DNA of 64,000 nt from an uncultured Gemmatimonadales bacterium. Lineage in GTDB: Bacteria > Gemmatimonadota > Gemmatimonadetes > Longimicrobiales > Longimicrobiaceae. Positions within the stretch are counted from its first letter, which is position 1. Every line of letters starts with the position of its first letter. The stretch lies in assembly GCA_963716255.1 (NCBI GenBank), contig OY970303.1:8359712-8423711 (forward strand), read 5' to 3'. Shown here piece by piece: positions 50,710 to 62,700 of the stretch. The notes under the pieces were generated by a model, which was not told the DNA's origin, did no database searches, and was given only the letters and a program-made list of their open reading frames with translations. Made by a program: the position numbers and the translations under genes.

Positions 50710-53700
50710 TCACGCAGGCATTGTAGAGGAAGGCGTGGCCTCACCGGGGGACCCCTCCGGGTCCAGTTCCGGCTCCGGGATCCCGCCGACCTGCCGCAGG
50801 TGTTCGGCGAGCTGCGCAGCGTCCAGCGCGACGATCAGCCGGTCCTCCACCGTCCTGGCCAGGTCCTCCAGGGTGGGGTGCTCGAAGAGGGCGCGCAGCG
50901 GCACCTCGATCCCCAGCTCCAGCCGGAGCCTCGAGACCACCTGCGTGGCCAGCAGCGAGTGCCCCCCCAGCGCGAAGAAGTCGTCCCGCACCCCCACGCG
51001 CTCCCGCCGCAGCACCTCCGCCCAGATCTCCCCCACCAGTTCCTCCACCGCCGTGCGCGGCGCCTCGTACGCCGCCGCCTCCCCCCACCCCTCCGGCTCC
51101 GGCAGCGCCCCCCGCTCCACCTTGCCGTTGGCGTTCAGCGGCAGCCGCTCCAGCACCACGTACGCACCCGGCACCATGTACTCCGGCACCCGCTCCCGCA
51201 GGCGCCGGCCCACCTCCCCCACCGACAGCGCTCCTCCCTCTCCCCACACCACGTACGCCACCAGCCGCCGCTCCCCCGGCCGGTCCTCGCGCGCGACGAC
51301 GACGGCCTCGCGGATCTCCGGCTGCTCCAGCAGCGCGGCCTCCACCTCCCCCGGCTCGATCCGGAACCCCCGGATCTTCACCTGCGCGTCCACACGGCCC
51401 AGGAACTCCAGCGCTCCCTCCACGCTCCAGCGCACCCGGTCCCCCGTCCGGTACAGCCGCCCTCCCGCCGGGCCGAACGGGTCGGGCACGAAGCGCTCGG
51501 CCGTCAGCTCCGCACGGCCCAGGTAGCCGCGCCCCACCCCCGCGCCTCCGATGTACAGCTCTCCCGGCACCCCCACCGGCGCCGCCGCGCCGCCGCGCTC
51601 CAGCACGTAGAGCGTGGTGTTGCTCAGCGCCGCCCCGATCGGCACCGTTCCCGCCCCGGGCCGCACCCGCTCCACCCGGTGCCAGCTGGCGTAGGTGGTC
51701 GTCTCCGTCGGCCCGTACACGTGCAGCAGCCGCTGCGGGCCCTCGCCCTCCACCACGCGCCGCACCACCTCGGGGTCCACCGCCTCGCCCCCGAAGAGCA
51801 CGTGGCGCAGCGTGGCGAAGGCGTCGGGCACCTCGTGCACGATCCGGTTGAACAGCGCCGTGGTCAGGAAGAGCGCGCTGACGCGCCGCGCCCGCAGCTC
51901 GGCCGCGAAGTCGGCCGGGGAGAGCGTGTGCTCGCGCTCGACGACCACCACGCTGCCGCCGCCCAGCAGCGCGCCCCAGATCTCGAAGGTGGCCGCGTCG
52001 AAGGCGGCGTTGGAGACCTGCGCGATGCGCTCGTCGGGGCCGAAGGGGAAGTAGTTGGTGTTGCGCACCAGGCGCACGACGGCCCGGTGCGGCACGGCCA
52101 CGCCCTTGGGGCGGCCGGTGGAGCCCGAGGTGTAGATCACGTAGGCCAGCTGATCCGGATCGACCTCCACGTGCGGCGCGGTGTCGGGAAGCGCCGCGAG
52201 CGCGGCAGCGACGGCCGGGTCGTCCAGCCGAAGCGTGTCGGCGTCCTCGGGGAGGTGGCCGGTCCAGGCGGCGTGGGTGAGGGCGAACACGCAGGCGGCG
52301 TCGGCCAGGATCTCGCGCACGCGCCCGGGGGGAGATTGTGCGTCGACGGGGACGTAGACGCCGCCGGCCTGGAGGATGGCGAGCATGGCCACGACCATCT
52401 CGGGCGAGCGCTCCATGCAGAGCGCCACGCGTGCCTCGGGGCCCACGCCCAGGGTGCGCAGGTGGTGGGCGAGGCGGGCGGCGCGGCCCGCCAGCTCGGC
52501 GTAGGTCAGCGCCGCGGCGGTGGACTCCACGGCCGGGGCGTCGGGGGAAAGGGCGGCGCGGGCGGCGAAGAGCTCGTGCACGCAGCCGCGCGGAAGCTCC
52601 GTGGAGGCGGCGTTCCAGGCCTCCACTACCTGGGCGTGCTCGCTGGGGCGCAGCAGGGAGGTCTCCCAGAGGCGCCGCGCGGGGTCGGCGACCATGGCCT
52701 CCAGCAGCACCCCCAGGTGCCGCGCCATCCGCTCCGCCGTCGCCGCGTCGAAGAGCTCCGTCCGGTACACCAGTGTGCCCTCCACCTCCCTCCCTTCCTC
52801 CCCCAGCACCAGCTCCAGGTCGAACCGGGTGCTCCCCTTCCCGGTGTCAAAGAACTCCAGCCCGACCCGGCCAAGCGTCAGCCGGTCGTCCCCGCTCTCC
52901 CGCTGCAGCGAGAAGGCCACCTGGAAGAGGGGGGCGTGGGTGAGGCTGCGCTCGGTGGCCAGCTCCTCCACCAGGCGCTCGAAGGGCACCTCCTGGTGCG
53001 TGTACGCGCCCAGCGCCTCCGCGCGCACCCGCCCCAGCAGCGCAGCCCAGGTGGGCTCTCCCGCCAGGTCGCCGCGCAGCGCCAGCATGTTGACGAAGAA
53101 GCCGACCAGTCCCTCCAGCTCCGCCCGCGTCCGCCCGGCCACCGGCGTGCCCACCACCACGTCCTCCTGCCCGGAGTAGCGCCCCAGCAGCCCCTGCCAG
53201 CCGGCCAGCAGCGCCATGAACAGGGTGGCGCCCTCGCGCCGCGCCAACTGCCGCAGCCCGTCCGACGCCTCCCCGGACAGCCGCAGGGGGTGGCGCCCCG
53301 CCCGCGCTCCCTGCCCCGCCGCCCGCGGCCGGTCGGTGGGGATCTCCAGGAGCGGCGGCGCGCCGGCCAGCCGCTCCTTCCAGTACGCCAGCTGCGCCTC
53401 CAGCACCTCGCCGCTCAGCCAGGCGCGCTGCCAGGCGGCGTAGTCGCCGTACTGCACCGGCAGCTCCGGAAGCGAGGGCTCTTCCCCGCGGCTCAGGTCA
53501 CCGTAGAGGGCGGACACCTCCCGGGTCAGCACCTCCATGCTCCAGCCGTCGCCGACGATGTGGTGCAGCGTGAGGCAGAGCACGTGGTCGTCGTCGCCCA
53601 GCCGCAGCAGGGTGCAGCGCAGCAGCGGCCCGCGCGACAGGTCGAAGGGACGCAGCGCCTCCGCACCCGCCAGGCCCCGCGCCGCCGGCTCGGCCCCCCC

Positions 53701-56700
53701 CACGCCCCGCAGGTCCACCACCGGGAGAGGCAGCGGCGAGGGGGGAAGGACGACCTGCACCGGCTCGCCCTCGCCCTCCCGGAAGACGGTGCGCAGCGTC
53801 TCGTGCCGGCGCGCCAGCGCGTCCAGGCTCCGCCGCAGCGCCCCGGCGTCCAGCACCCCGCGCAGCCGCAGCGCGAAGGGCATGTTGTAGGCGGGGCTCT
53901 CCGGCTCCATCCGGTCCACGAGCCAGAGCCGCTGCTGAGCGAAGGAGAGCGGGAGCGCGCACAGCGCATCGCGGGGGACGCGCTCGATGGGAGGGGCGGA
54001 CAGGGTATGCGCGGCCCCCTGGAGGGCCTCCACCCGCCCGGCGAGCCCGGCGACGGTGGGCGACTCGAAGATCGCCCGCAGCGGCACCTCCACGCCGAGC
54101 GTCCGCCGCACCCGGGACACGACCTGCATCGCCAGGAGCGAGTGCCCGCCCAGGTCGAAGAAGTCGGCGCGGACGCCCACCCGCTCCGCCCCCAGCACCT
54201 CCGCCCAGATCCCGCCCAGAATCTCCTCCACCTGCGTCCCCGGCGCGACGTACTCCGCCTCCGCCCCGCGCTCCGGCACCGGGAGGGCGCGCCGGTCCAC
54301 CTTGCCGTTGGCGTTCAGCGGCAGGTGCTCCAGCAGCACGTACGCGCCCGGCACCATGTACTCGGGGAGCGTCCGCCGCAGGTGCGCGCGCAGAGCGTCC
54401 GTCGCCACCTTGCCCACCATGTACGCCACCAGCCGCTTGTCGCCGGGCTCGTCCTCCCTCACCACCACCCGGGCCTGGCGCACGCCCGGGTACGCCGCCA
54501 CCGCGCTCTCCACCTCCCCCATCTCGATGCGGAAGCCGCGGAGCTTCACCTGGTCGTCCCGGCGGCCCATGAACTCCAGCCTGCCGTCCGCCATCCACCG
54601 CACCCGGTCGCCGGTGCGGTACATCGGCGCGCCGGAGGCGGGGGCGAACGGATCGGGGACGAACATCTCGGCCGTCAGCTCCGGCCGGCCCAGGTACCCG
54701 CGCACCACCCCGTCGCCGCCCACGTACATCTCCCCCGGGACCCCTACGGGCACCGGCTCCAGCTCCGCGTCCAGCACGTAGGCGCGCGCGTTGGGGACCG
54801 GCCGCCCGATCGGCACCGTGGGCGCGTCCTCCGCCACCTCCTCCACCACGTCCAGCGTGCACCACACCGTGGCCTCGGTGGGGCCGTACTCGTGCAGTAC
54901 GCGCCGCGGCCTCCCCAGGCGCAACATCCGGCGCACGCCCTCCGTCCCCACCGCTTCCGCGCCGAAGACCAGCTGGCGCAGGGTGGCGTAGACGTCCACC
55001 TGCTCGCGGACGTGCTGGTGGAAGAGTGCGGCCGTCTGGTACAGGTGGGTGATCCGCCGCTCGCGCAGCTCCCGGCCCAGCGACGGCGCGGAAAGGAGCA
55101 CGTCGCGGTCGATCCCCACCAGTGTGGCCCCGTGGAAGAGCGCGCCCCAGATCTCGAACACCGCCGCGTCGAAGCTGGCATTGGACGCCTGCGCGACGCG
55201 GTCGCCCGGCTCCATGGGCATGGTCTCGGGGATGCACGCGGCGTACTGCACCACCTGGCCGTGCGTCATCATCACGCCCTTGGGACGGCCGGTGCTCCCG
55301 CTGGTGTAGAACACGTACGCCAGGTTCTCCGGCGACGCGCCGCTCCGTGGCGGGTCGGCCGGCTGGCCGGCGAGCACCTCCGCCGCCCCGTCCAGGCAGA
55401 CGGCGTGGAGCCCCGGCCCGGCCAGCGGGGCCCACAGTCCGCTCCAGCTCAGCACCACCCGGACGGCGGAGTCGGCCAGCATCAGCCTCACCCGCTCCGG
55501 CGGGTAGCTGGTGTCCACGGGGACGCAGCAGCCGCCGGCCTTCATCACCGCCAGGGTGGCGACCACCATCTCCAGGCTCCGCTCCAGGAGCACGCCCACG
55601 CGCTCCTCCGGGCCGACGCCCAGCCCGGCCAGGTGGTGCGCCAGCCGGTTGGCCCGTACGTCCAGCTCCCGGTAGCTCAGCGCCTCGTCACCCCACTCCA
55701 GCGCGGGAGCGTCGGGCGAGAGGGCGGCCTGCCCGGCGAACAGGTCGTGGATGCAGGCGCCCTGCGGGAACGGCCGCGCGGTCCGGTTCCACTCCTCTAG
55801 GAGCTGCGCCCGCTCCGCCGCGGACAGGAGCGACACCTCGCGGAGCCTGCGCTCCGGCTCCGCCGCCATCGTTTCCAGCAGGCCCTCCAGGTGGCGCACC
55901 AGCCGCTCCGCCATGTCCGGCTCGACGCGGCCGAGGTCGTAGCGCAGCTCGATGTCCAGCCGGTCGTACGCGACGGCTGAGAGGGCCAGCGGGAAGTTGG
56001 TCTGCTCCACGCCCAGGGTGCGGCGCACGCGCACCCCCTGGAGCCCCCCGCGCTGCCCCTCGTCCACCGGGTAGTTCTCGAGGGTCACCAGGCTGTCGAA
56101 GAGCGCTTCCCCGGCGGAGACCTCGCTCCACCGCTGCACCTGCACCAGGGGGCTGTACTCGTATTCGCGTGCCCGCACCTGCTGCTCCTGCTGCTCCACC
56201 AGCCACTCGCGCAGCGTGGCGTCTCCCCGTACGCGCACGCGCACCGGCAGGGTGTTGATGAATAGCCCCACGGTGTCCTCCGCCCCGTGCAGCTCCGGCG
56301 GCCGCCCCGAGACCGTCGCGCCGAAGAGCACGTCCTCCTCGCCCGAGTAGCGAGACAGCAGCAGCCCCCACGCGCTCTGCACCAGCGTGCTCGCGGTCAC
56401 CCCCCACCTGCGAGCCTGCTCCATCAGCGCCCGCGTCCGCTCCGGCGTGAGACCGGTTCCGGCCCCGGCGGAGCCTGCTTCCCCGACGCCCTTCTCCGCG
56501 ACGCGGCGCAGCGGGAGCGGGGTGGGCGCGGTGAAGCCCGCCAGCGCCTCGCGCCAGAACGCCTCGGCGCGCGTCAGCTCCTGCCGCTCCAGCCACGCCA
56601 CGTACTCCCGGTACCGCCTCGTCGGCCCCAGGCGCGCGGACTCGCCCCTCGCGTGCGCGTTGTAGAGCGCGAGGACGTCGCGGAAGAGAACCGCCAGGCT

Positions 56701-59700
56701 CCAGCCGTCCAGGATCAGGTGATGGTGCGTCCACACCAGGTGGTGCTCCCCCTCTCCCGTGCGGAAGAGCGCCAGCCGCATCAGCGGCGCAGCGGCCAGG
56801 TCGAAGCCGCGCGCCCGGTCCTCCACGAGGTACGCCGCCAGCCGCTCCCGCTGCGCCTCCTCCCCCAGCCCCCGCAAGTCCTCGCGCCGAAGCGGCACCT
56901 CCACCTCGCGCCGGATCACCTGCACCGGACGCCGCAGACCCTCCCACGCGAAGCCCGCTCGCAGCGCCTCGTGCCGCCCCACCCCCTCCCGCCACGCCCG
57001 CTCCAGCGACCCCACGTCCAGCTCCCCCTCCAGAACGTACCCGTACTGCCCCAGGTACACCCCCGCCTCCGGCGCGTACAGCGCGTGGAAGAGCATCCCC
57101 TCCTGCATCGGCGTCAGCGGGTACACGTCCTCCACACCCCGCCCGCTCCCCACGAGCGCGTCCACCTCGGCCTGCGACAGCCCCGCCAGCGCGAAGTCCG
57201 ACGGCGTGCACCCCCCCGCTCCCGCCGTCGTGCAGTGCGCGATCAGCTCCCGCAGCGCTTCGGCGTACCCCCCCGCCACGCGCTCGATCGTGGCCCGCCG
57301 GTGCACCCCCGCCCCGTAGCCGAACGTCATCTCCAGACGCCCCCCCTGCACCGCCCCGTTCAGCTCCAGCCGGTGCGCCCGCGACCCCCGAGGGTCCGCA
57401 GACGCTCCCGCCGACTCTCCCGCGAACCCAAAGTACGCCCCCTCCGAGACCGTCCCGTCCAGCTGCCCCAGGTAGTTGAACGCCACCTCCGCAGCCGGCC
57501 CCCCCGACAGCTCCGCTCGCACTTCGGGCGCCCCCTGGTAGCGCAGCAGACCGTACCCCAGGCCGCGCCGCGGCACCGCCCGAAGCTGCTCCTTGACCGC
57601 CTTCAGCGCGGCCCCGGGCCCGGCGCCCTCCGGCACCTCCAGCACCACCGGGTACAGGCTCGTGAACCATCCCACCGTGCGAGACACGTCCGCGCCCCCG
57701 CCCACTTCCTCCTCCCGCCCGTGCCCCTCCAAGTTCACCCGCACCCGCGCCGAGCCCGTCCACCGACCCAGCGCACGCGCCAGCCCCGTCAGAAGCACGT
57801 CGTCGATCTGCGTGCGGTACGCCTGCGGAACCTCCCGAAGCAGCGCCTGCGTCTCCCCCTCACTCAGCCGCACCGACACGCTCCCCGCGCTTCCCACCGT
57901 GTCCGCCCCCGCCGCGTCGTCCACCGGCAGCGGCCCCACCTCGCGACGCGACTGCTCGACCCAGTAGCCCGCCTCCTCCGCAACCGCCGGCGACGCAGCC
58001 CGCTGGGCGAGCGCCTCGGCCCACCTCTTCCACGACGTCGTCTTCGCCGGCAGGCGCACCCCCTCCCCACGCGACAGCTGACGGTACGCCGTCTCCAGGT
58101 CTTCCAGCAGGATGCGCCAGCTCACCCCGTCGACGACCAGGTGGTGGATCACCACCAGCAGCCGCTGCTCCCTGCCTCCCAGCGTGAAGAGCACCACCCG
58201 CAGCAGCGGCCCCCCCTCCAGATCCAGGCTCCGCTGCGCACGCTCCGCCGCCGCCTCCAGCGCGCTCCTGCGAACATCCTCCGCCAGCGCCGAGAGTTCC
58301 ACCACCTCAACGGACGCGTGCGCTCCTACCTCGTCGTGCCACTGCCGCCACGTGCTCGCCTCGTCCCGGCGGAAGCGCAGCCGCAGCGCATCGTGGTGCG
58401 CCTCCAGCGCGGACACCGCCCCCTCCAGCAGCTCCGACTTCAGCGGTTCCCGCGGGAGCAGCAGCAGCGCCTGGTTGAAGTGGTGTGGAGCCGGCCGTTC
58501 CTGCGCGAAGAACCACCTCTGGATGGGAGCCAGCGGAGCCTCGCCCCCAACGGGGTACTGGTCCGCGGCCACGCCCGACCGCACCCACTCGGCGACCTGG
58601 GCCAGTCGCGCCACGGTGGGACGCTCGAAGAGCTGCCGCGGCGTGAACCGCAGCCCCTGCCGCCGGGCACGCGAGACCACCTGAATGGAGAGGATGCTGT
58701 CGCCGCCCAGCTCGAAAAAGCTCTCCTCCACTCCTACGCGCTCCACCTTCAGCGCCTCCGCCCACAGAGCGCACAGCAGCGCCTCGGCACGCGTCCGCGG
58801 CGCCATGTACTCCGCTGCAGGCCCCCACTCGGGAGCCGGCAGCGCTCGGCGATCCAGCTTGCCGTTTGCGTTCAGCGGCAGCCGCTCCAGCAGCACGAAG
58901 GCGGAGGGGACCATGTATTCGGGTAGCCGCTCCTGCATCCTCGCGCGCAGGTCGGCCGGGGAGACCACCGTTTCGCCTGCAGTTTCCACGTACGCCACCA
59001 GGCGCTTCGGTCCCGCGGCATCCTCGCGCGCCAGCACGACGGCCTCGCGCACGCCCGGGTATGCCCGCAGCGCGGCCTCGACCTCGCCCGGCTCGATGCG
59101 GAGGCCGCGGATCTTGACCTGGGAGTCGAGCCGCCCCAGGTACTCCACCGCTCCCGAGGCCAGCCACCGTGCCCGGTCTCCCGTGCGGTACAGTCGCGCT
59201 CCGGGCTCCCGTGCGAATGCGTCCGGGACGAACTTCTCGGCCGTCAGCTCCGGACGCCCCAGGTAGCCACGCGCCACCTGCACGCCGCCCAGGTACAGCT
59301 CCCCAGCCATCCCCGCCGGCAGCGGGTTCATCCGTGCGTCCAGCACGTAGACCCGCGTGTTCGCCACCGGCCTGCCGATCGGGACGATCAGCTCGCCGGG
59401 CCTGCAGGGGTGCCGGGTCACGTCCACCGCGGCTTCCGTGGGTCCGTACAGGTTGTGCAGCTCCGCCCAGGAAAGCACCGCGCGGAAGCGTTCGGCCAGC
59501 TCCAGCGCGAGCGCCTCTCCGCTGCAGACCACCCGCCGCAGCGTGCGGCAGTGCTCCACATCCGCGGCTTCGAGGAACGCCTGCAGCATCGGGGGGACGA
59601 AGTGCACGGTGCTCACCCGCTCTCGCCCGATCAGCGCCGCGAGGTACGCCGGATCCCTGTGCCCTTCGGGCCGGGCGACCACCAGGCGCGCCCCCACCAG

Positions 59701-62700
59701 CAGCGGCCAGAAGAACTCCCAGACCGAGACATCGAAGGAGGAGGGCGTCTTCTGCAGCACCACGTCGTCCGGGGCGAGGCGGTACTCCTCCTGCATCCAG
59801 AGGAGCCGGTTGACGATGCCCCGGTGCGAGTTCATCGCGCCCTTGGGCCCGCCCGTCGAGCCGGAGGTATAGATGACGTAGGCCAGGGCGTCCGGATCTA
59901 CGGCGACGGCCGGCGACTCGGCGCTCGCGGCCCCGATCTCTTCCCGATCGCGGTCCAGGCAGACGACCTCGGCTGCGTGCGTGGGTAGGCGCTCCAGCAG
60001 GTGCTCCTGGGTGAGCAGCACCGGCACGGCAGAGTCGTCCAGCACGTACGCGATCCTCTCGGCGGGGTAGGCGGGATCCACCGGAACGTAAACGCCTCCG
60101 GCCTTGAGGATGCCCAGGAGGGCGACCACCAGTTCCAGCGAACGCTCGGCGCAGATCCCCACCCGGGTCTCGGGGCCGACACCGCGGCGGCGGAGGTGGT
60201 GCGCCAGCTGGTTCGTCATCCGGTCCAGTTCCGCGTACCCCAGCGACGCTCCCTCGAAGACCACCGCCACCGCGTCCGGCGTACGCTCCGCCTGCGCCGT
60301 GAAGAGCTCGTGCAGGCATGCCTGCGGGTACTCGACCGCTGTGTCGTTCCACGCCTCCAGCACCTGCGTCCGCTCCGCTCCGCACAGCAGAGGCACCTCC
60401 GCGACGCGTTGCGCTGGAGCCGCCACCATCGCCTCCAGCAGGGTCTCCAGGTGGCGGGACATCCGCTCGGCCGTCGCCGCATCGAAGAGCGCCTTCCGGA
60501 AGGTCAGCGATCCCGCGAGCGCATCGCCGCCGGCCGTCATCTCCATGTCGAGGTCGTACTTGGCGACGTCCTCCCCGGCGGTGAGCGGCTCGAGCTCCAG
60601 CCTCCCCAGCCTCAACTCGCGGTCGACTCCGGTCGGATCCAGCGAGAAGTTCACCTGGAAGAGAGGAGCGTGGGTGAGACTGCGCTCCGTAACAAGCTCC
60701 TCGACGAGGCGCTCGAACGGCACCTCCTGGTGCTGATACGCCCCCAGCGTGGTCTCCCGTGTCCGTCCCAGCAGCTCCACCCAGGTAGGATCGCCCCCCA
60801 GGTCACCACGCAGCACCAGCATGTTCACGAAGAAGCCGATCAGCCCCTCCACCTCCACTTGCGTTCGCGCGGCGATCGGGGTGCCCACCACCACGTCGCC
60901 CTGCCCAGCGTAGCGGCCCAGCAGCGCCTGCCACCCGGCCAGCAGCGTCATGAACAGCGTCGTGCCCTCGCGCCGAGACAGCTCCCGCAGGTCGCGCGAC
61001 AGTGCGGGCGGGAGGACGAACGCGTGGGTCGCCGCTTCGCGCCCCTGCCCGGCGGCGCGGGGACGGTCCGTGGGGATCTCCAGCAGCGGGGGGGCGCCGG
61101 CCAGGCGCTCGCGCCAGAAGGCGAGCTGGGCCTCCAGCACCGCGCCGCTCAACCGGGCGCGCTGCCACACGGCGAAGTCCGCGTACTGCACCGGAAGCTC
61201 CGGGAGGACGGCCTCCTCCCCGTCGGAATACGCCTCGTACAGGGCCGAGGCTTCCTGCACCAGCACCCTGCGGCTCCAGCCGTCGCTGACGATGTGGTGC
61301 ATGGTGAAGCAGAGCACGTGCTCCGTCTCCCCCAGACGCAGGAGCATGCTCCTCAGCAGCGGGCTCCGTGACAGGTCGAACGGCCGCAGCGCCTCCGCGT
61401 GTGCCAGCCGCCGGGCCTCCCGCTCCGCCGCCGGCACTTCCCGCAGGTCGACGACCCGCAGCGCCACCCGGGCATGCGGATCGATCACCTGCATCGGCTC
61501 GCCGTCTCGCTCCTCGAAGCGAGTGCGCAGCGTCTCGTGCCGGCGCACCAGCTCGTCCAGGCTCCTCTGCAGCGCCCACTGGTCCAGCGTGCCCCGCAGC
61601 CGGAGCGAGGCGGGCATGTTGTACGCGGGGCTATCCGGCTCCAACCGGTCCACGATCCACAGCCGCCGCTGCGCGTACGACGCCGGCACCGGCCCGTTGC
61701 GCGGGATGCGCTGGATCGGCGGCACGGCGGGTGCACCCACGCGCTGCAAGGCCTCGATCCGTTCGGCGAACGCCGCCACGGTGGGTGCCTCGAAGAGGGC
61801 TCGCAGCGGAAGCTCGACGCCGAGGGACCGGCGCACCCGAGAGGTGACCTGCGTCGCCAGCAGCGAGTGCCCGCCCAACTCGAAGAAGTGGGCATGGGCT
61901 CCCGCGCTCTCCAGCCCCAGCACCTCGGCCCAGATCCCCGCCACCAGTTCCTCGACCGGAGTGCGGGGCGCAACCTGGTCCGCTTCCCCGCCCCGCTCCG
62001 GTGCGGCGAGCGCCCGGCGGTCGATCTTGCCGTTCGAGCTGAGCGGAAGGGCATCCAGCACCACGAACGCATCCGGGACCATGTACCCGGGCAGCCGCTC
62101 CCGCAGGCGGCTCCGCACCTCGGTCACCGGGACCTCCATCCCCGGCTCTGGAACCAGGTAGGCGGCCAGCCGCTTCTGTCCGGGCGCGTCCTCGTGCGCC
62201 ATGACCACGGCCTGCCGCACTGCGACGTGCTCCAGGAGCGTCGCCTCGATCTCGGCCGGCTCGATACGGAAGCCGCGTATCTTCACCTGGAAGTCGTTCC
62301 TGCCCAGGAACTCGATCCTCCCGTCCGCCAGCCAGCGCGCCAGGTCGCCCGTGCGGTACAGACGTGCCCCCGGATCGCCGCCGAAGCCGTCGGGAACGAA
62401 CTTCTCCGCCGTCAGCTCAGGCCGGTCCAAGTAGCCCCGCGACACCCCCGCGCCGCCCACGTACAGCTCGCCCGGCACTCCCACCGGCAACGGCCCGCCG
62501 GCCCCGTCCAGGACGTAGACGCGCACGTTGGAGATCGGGCGCCCGACCGGAACGGTGGCCCTCGCCTCCTCCGGCGCGCAGCCCAGCCACACCAGCGCCG
62601 TCGCGGCCTCCGAGGGGCCGTACAGGTTGTGCAGTGTTCCGTTCGGCAGACGCTCCTGGAAGCGCCGCAGCAGCGCGCCCGGGAGCGCCTCGCCGCCGCA

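Noticed and set aside
50550..50744. 64-aa ORF between NRPS genes as a RiPP precursor for the radical SAM enzyme
   Set aside because: Overlaps both neighbours, Arg/Ala-rich, no leader-like features
43030..55800. Very long plus-strand ORFs (43030-50568, 50572-55800; also 33869-36742, 24710-27346, 11942-15610)
   Set aside because: Antisense shadows of real genes in high-GC DNA; no recognisable motifs
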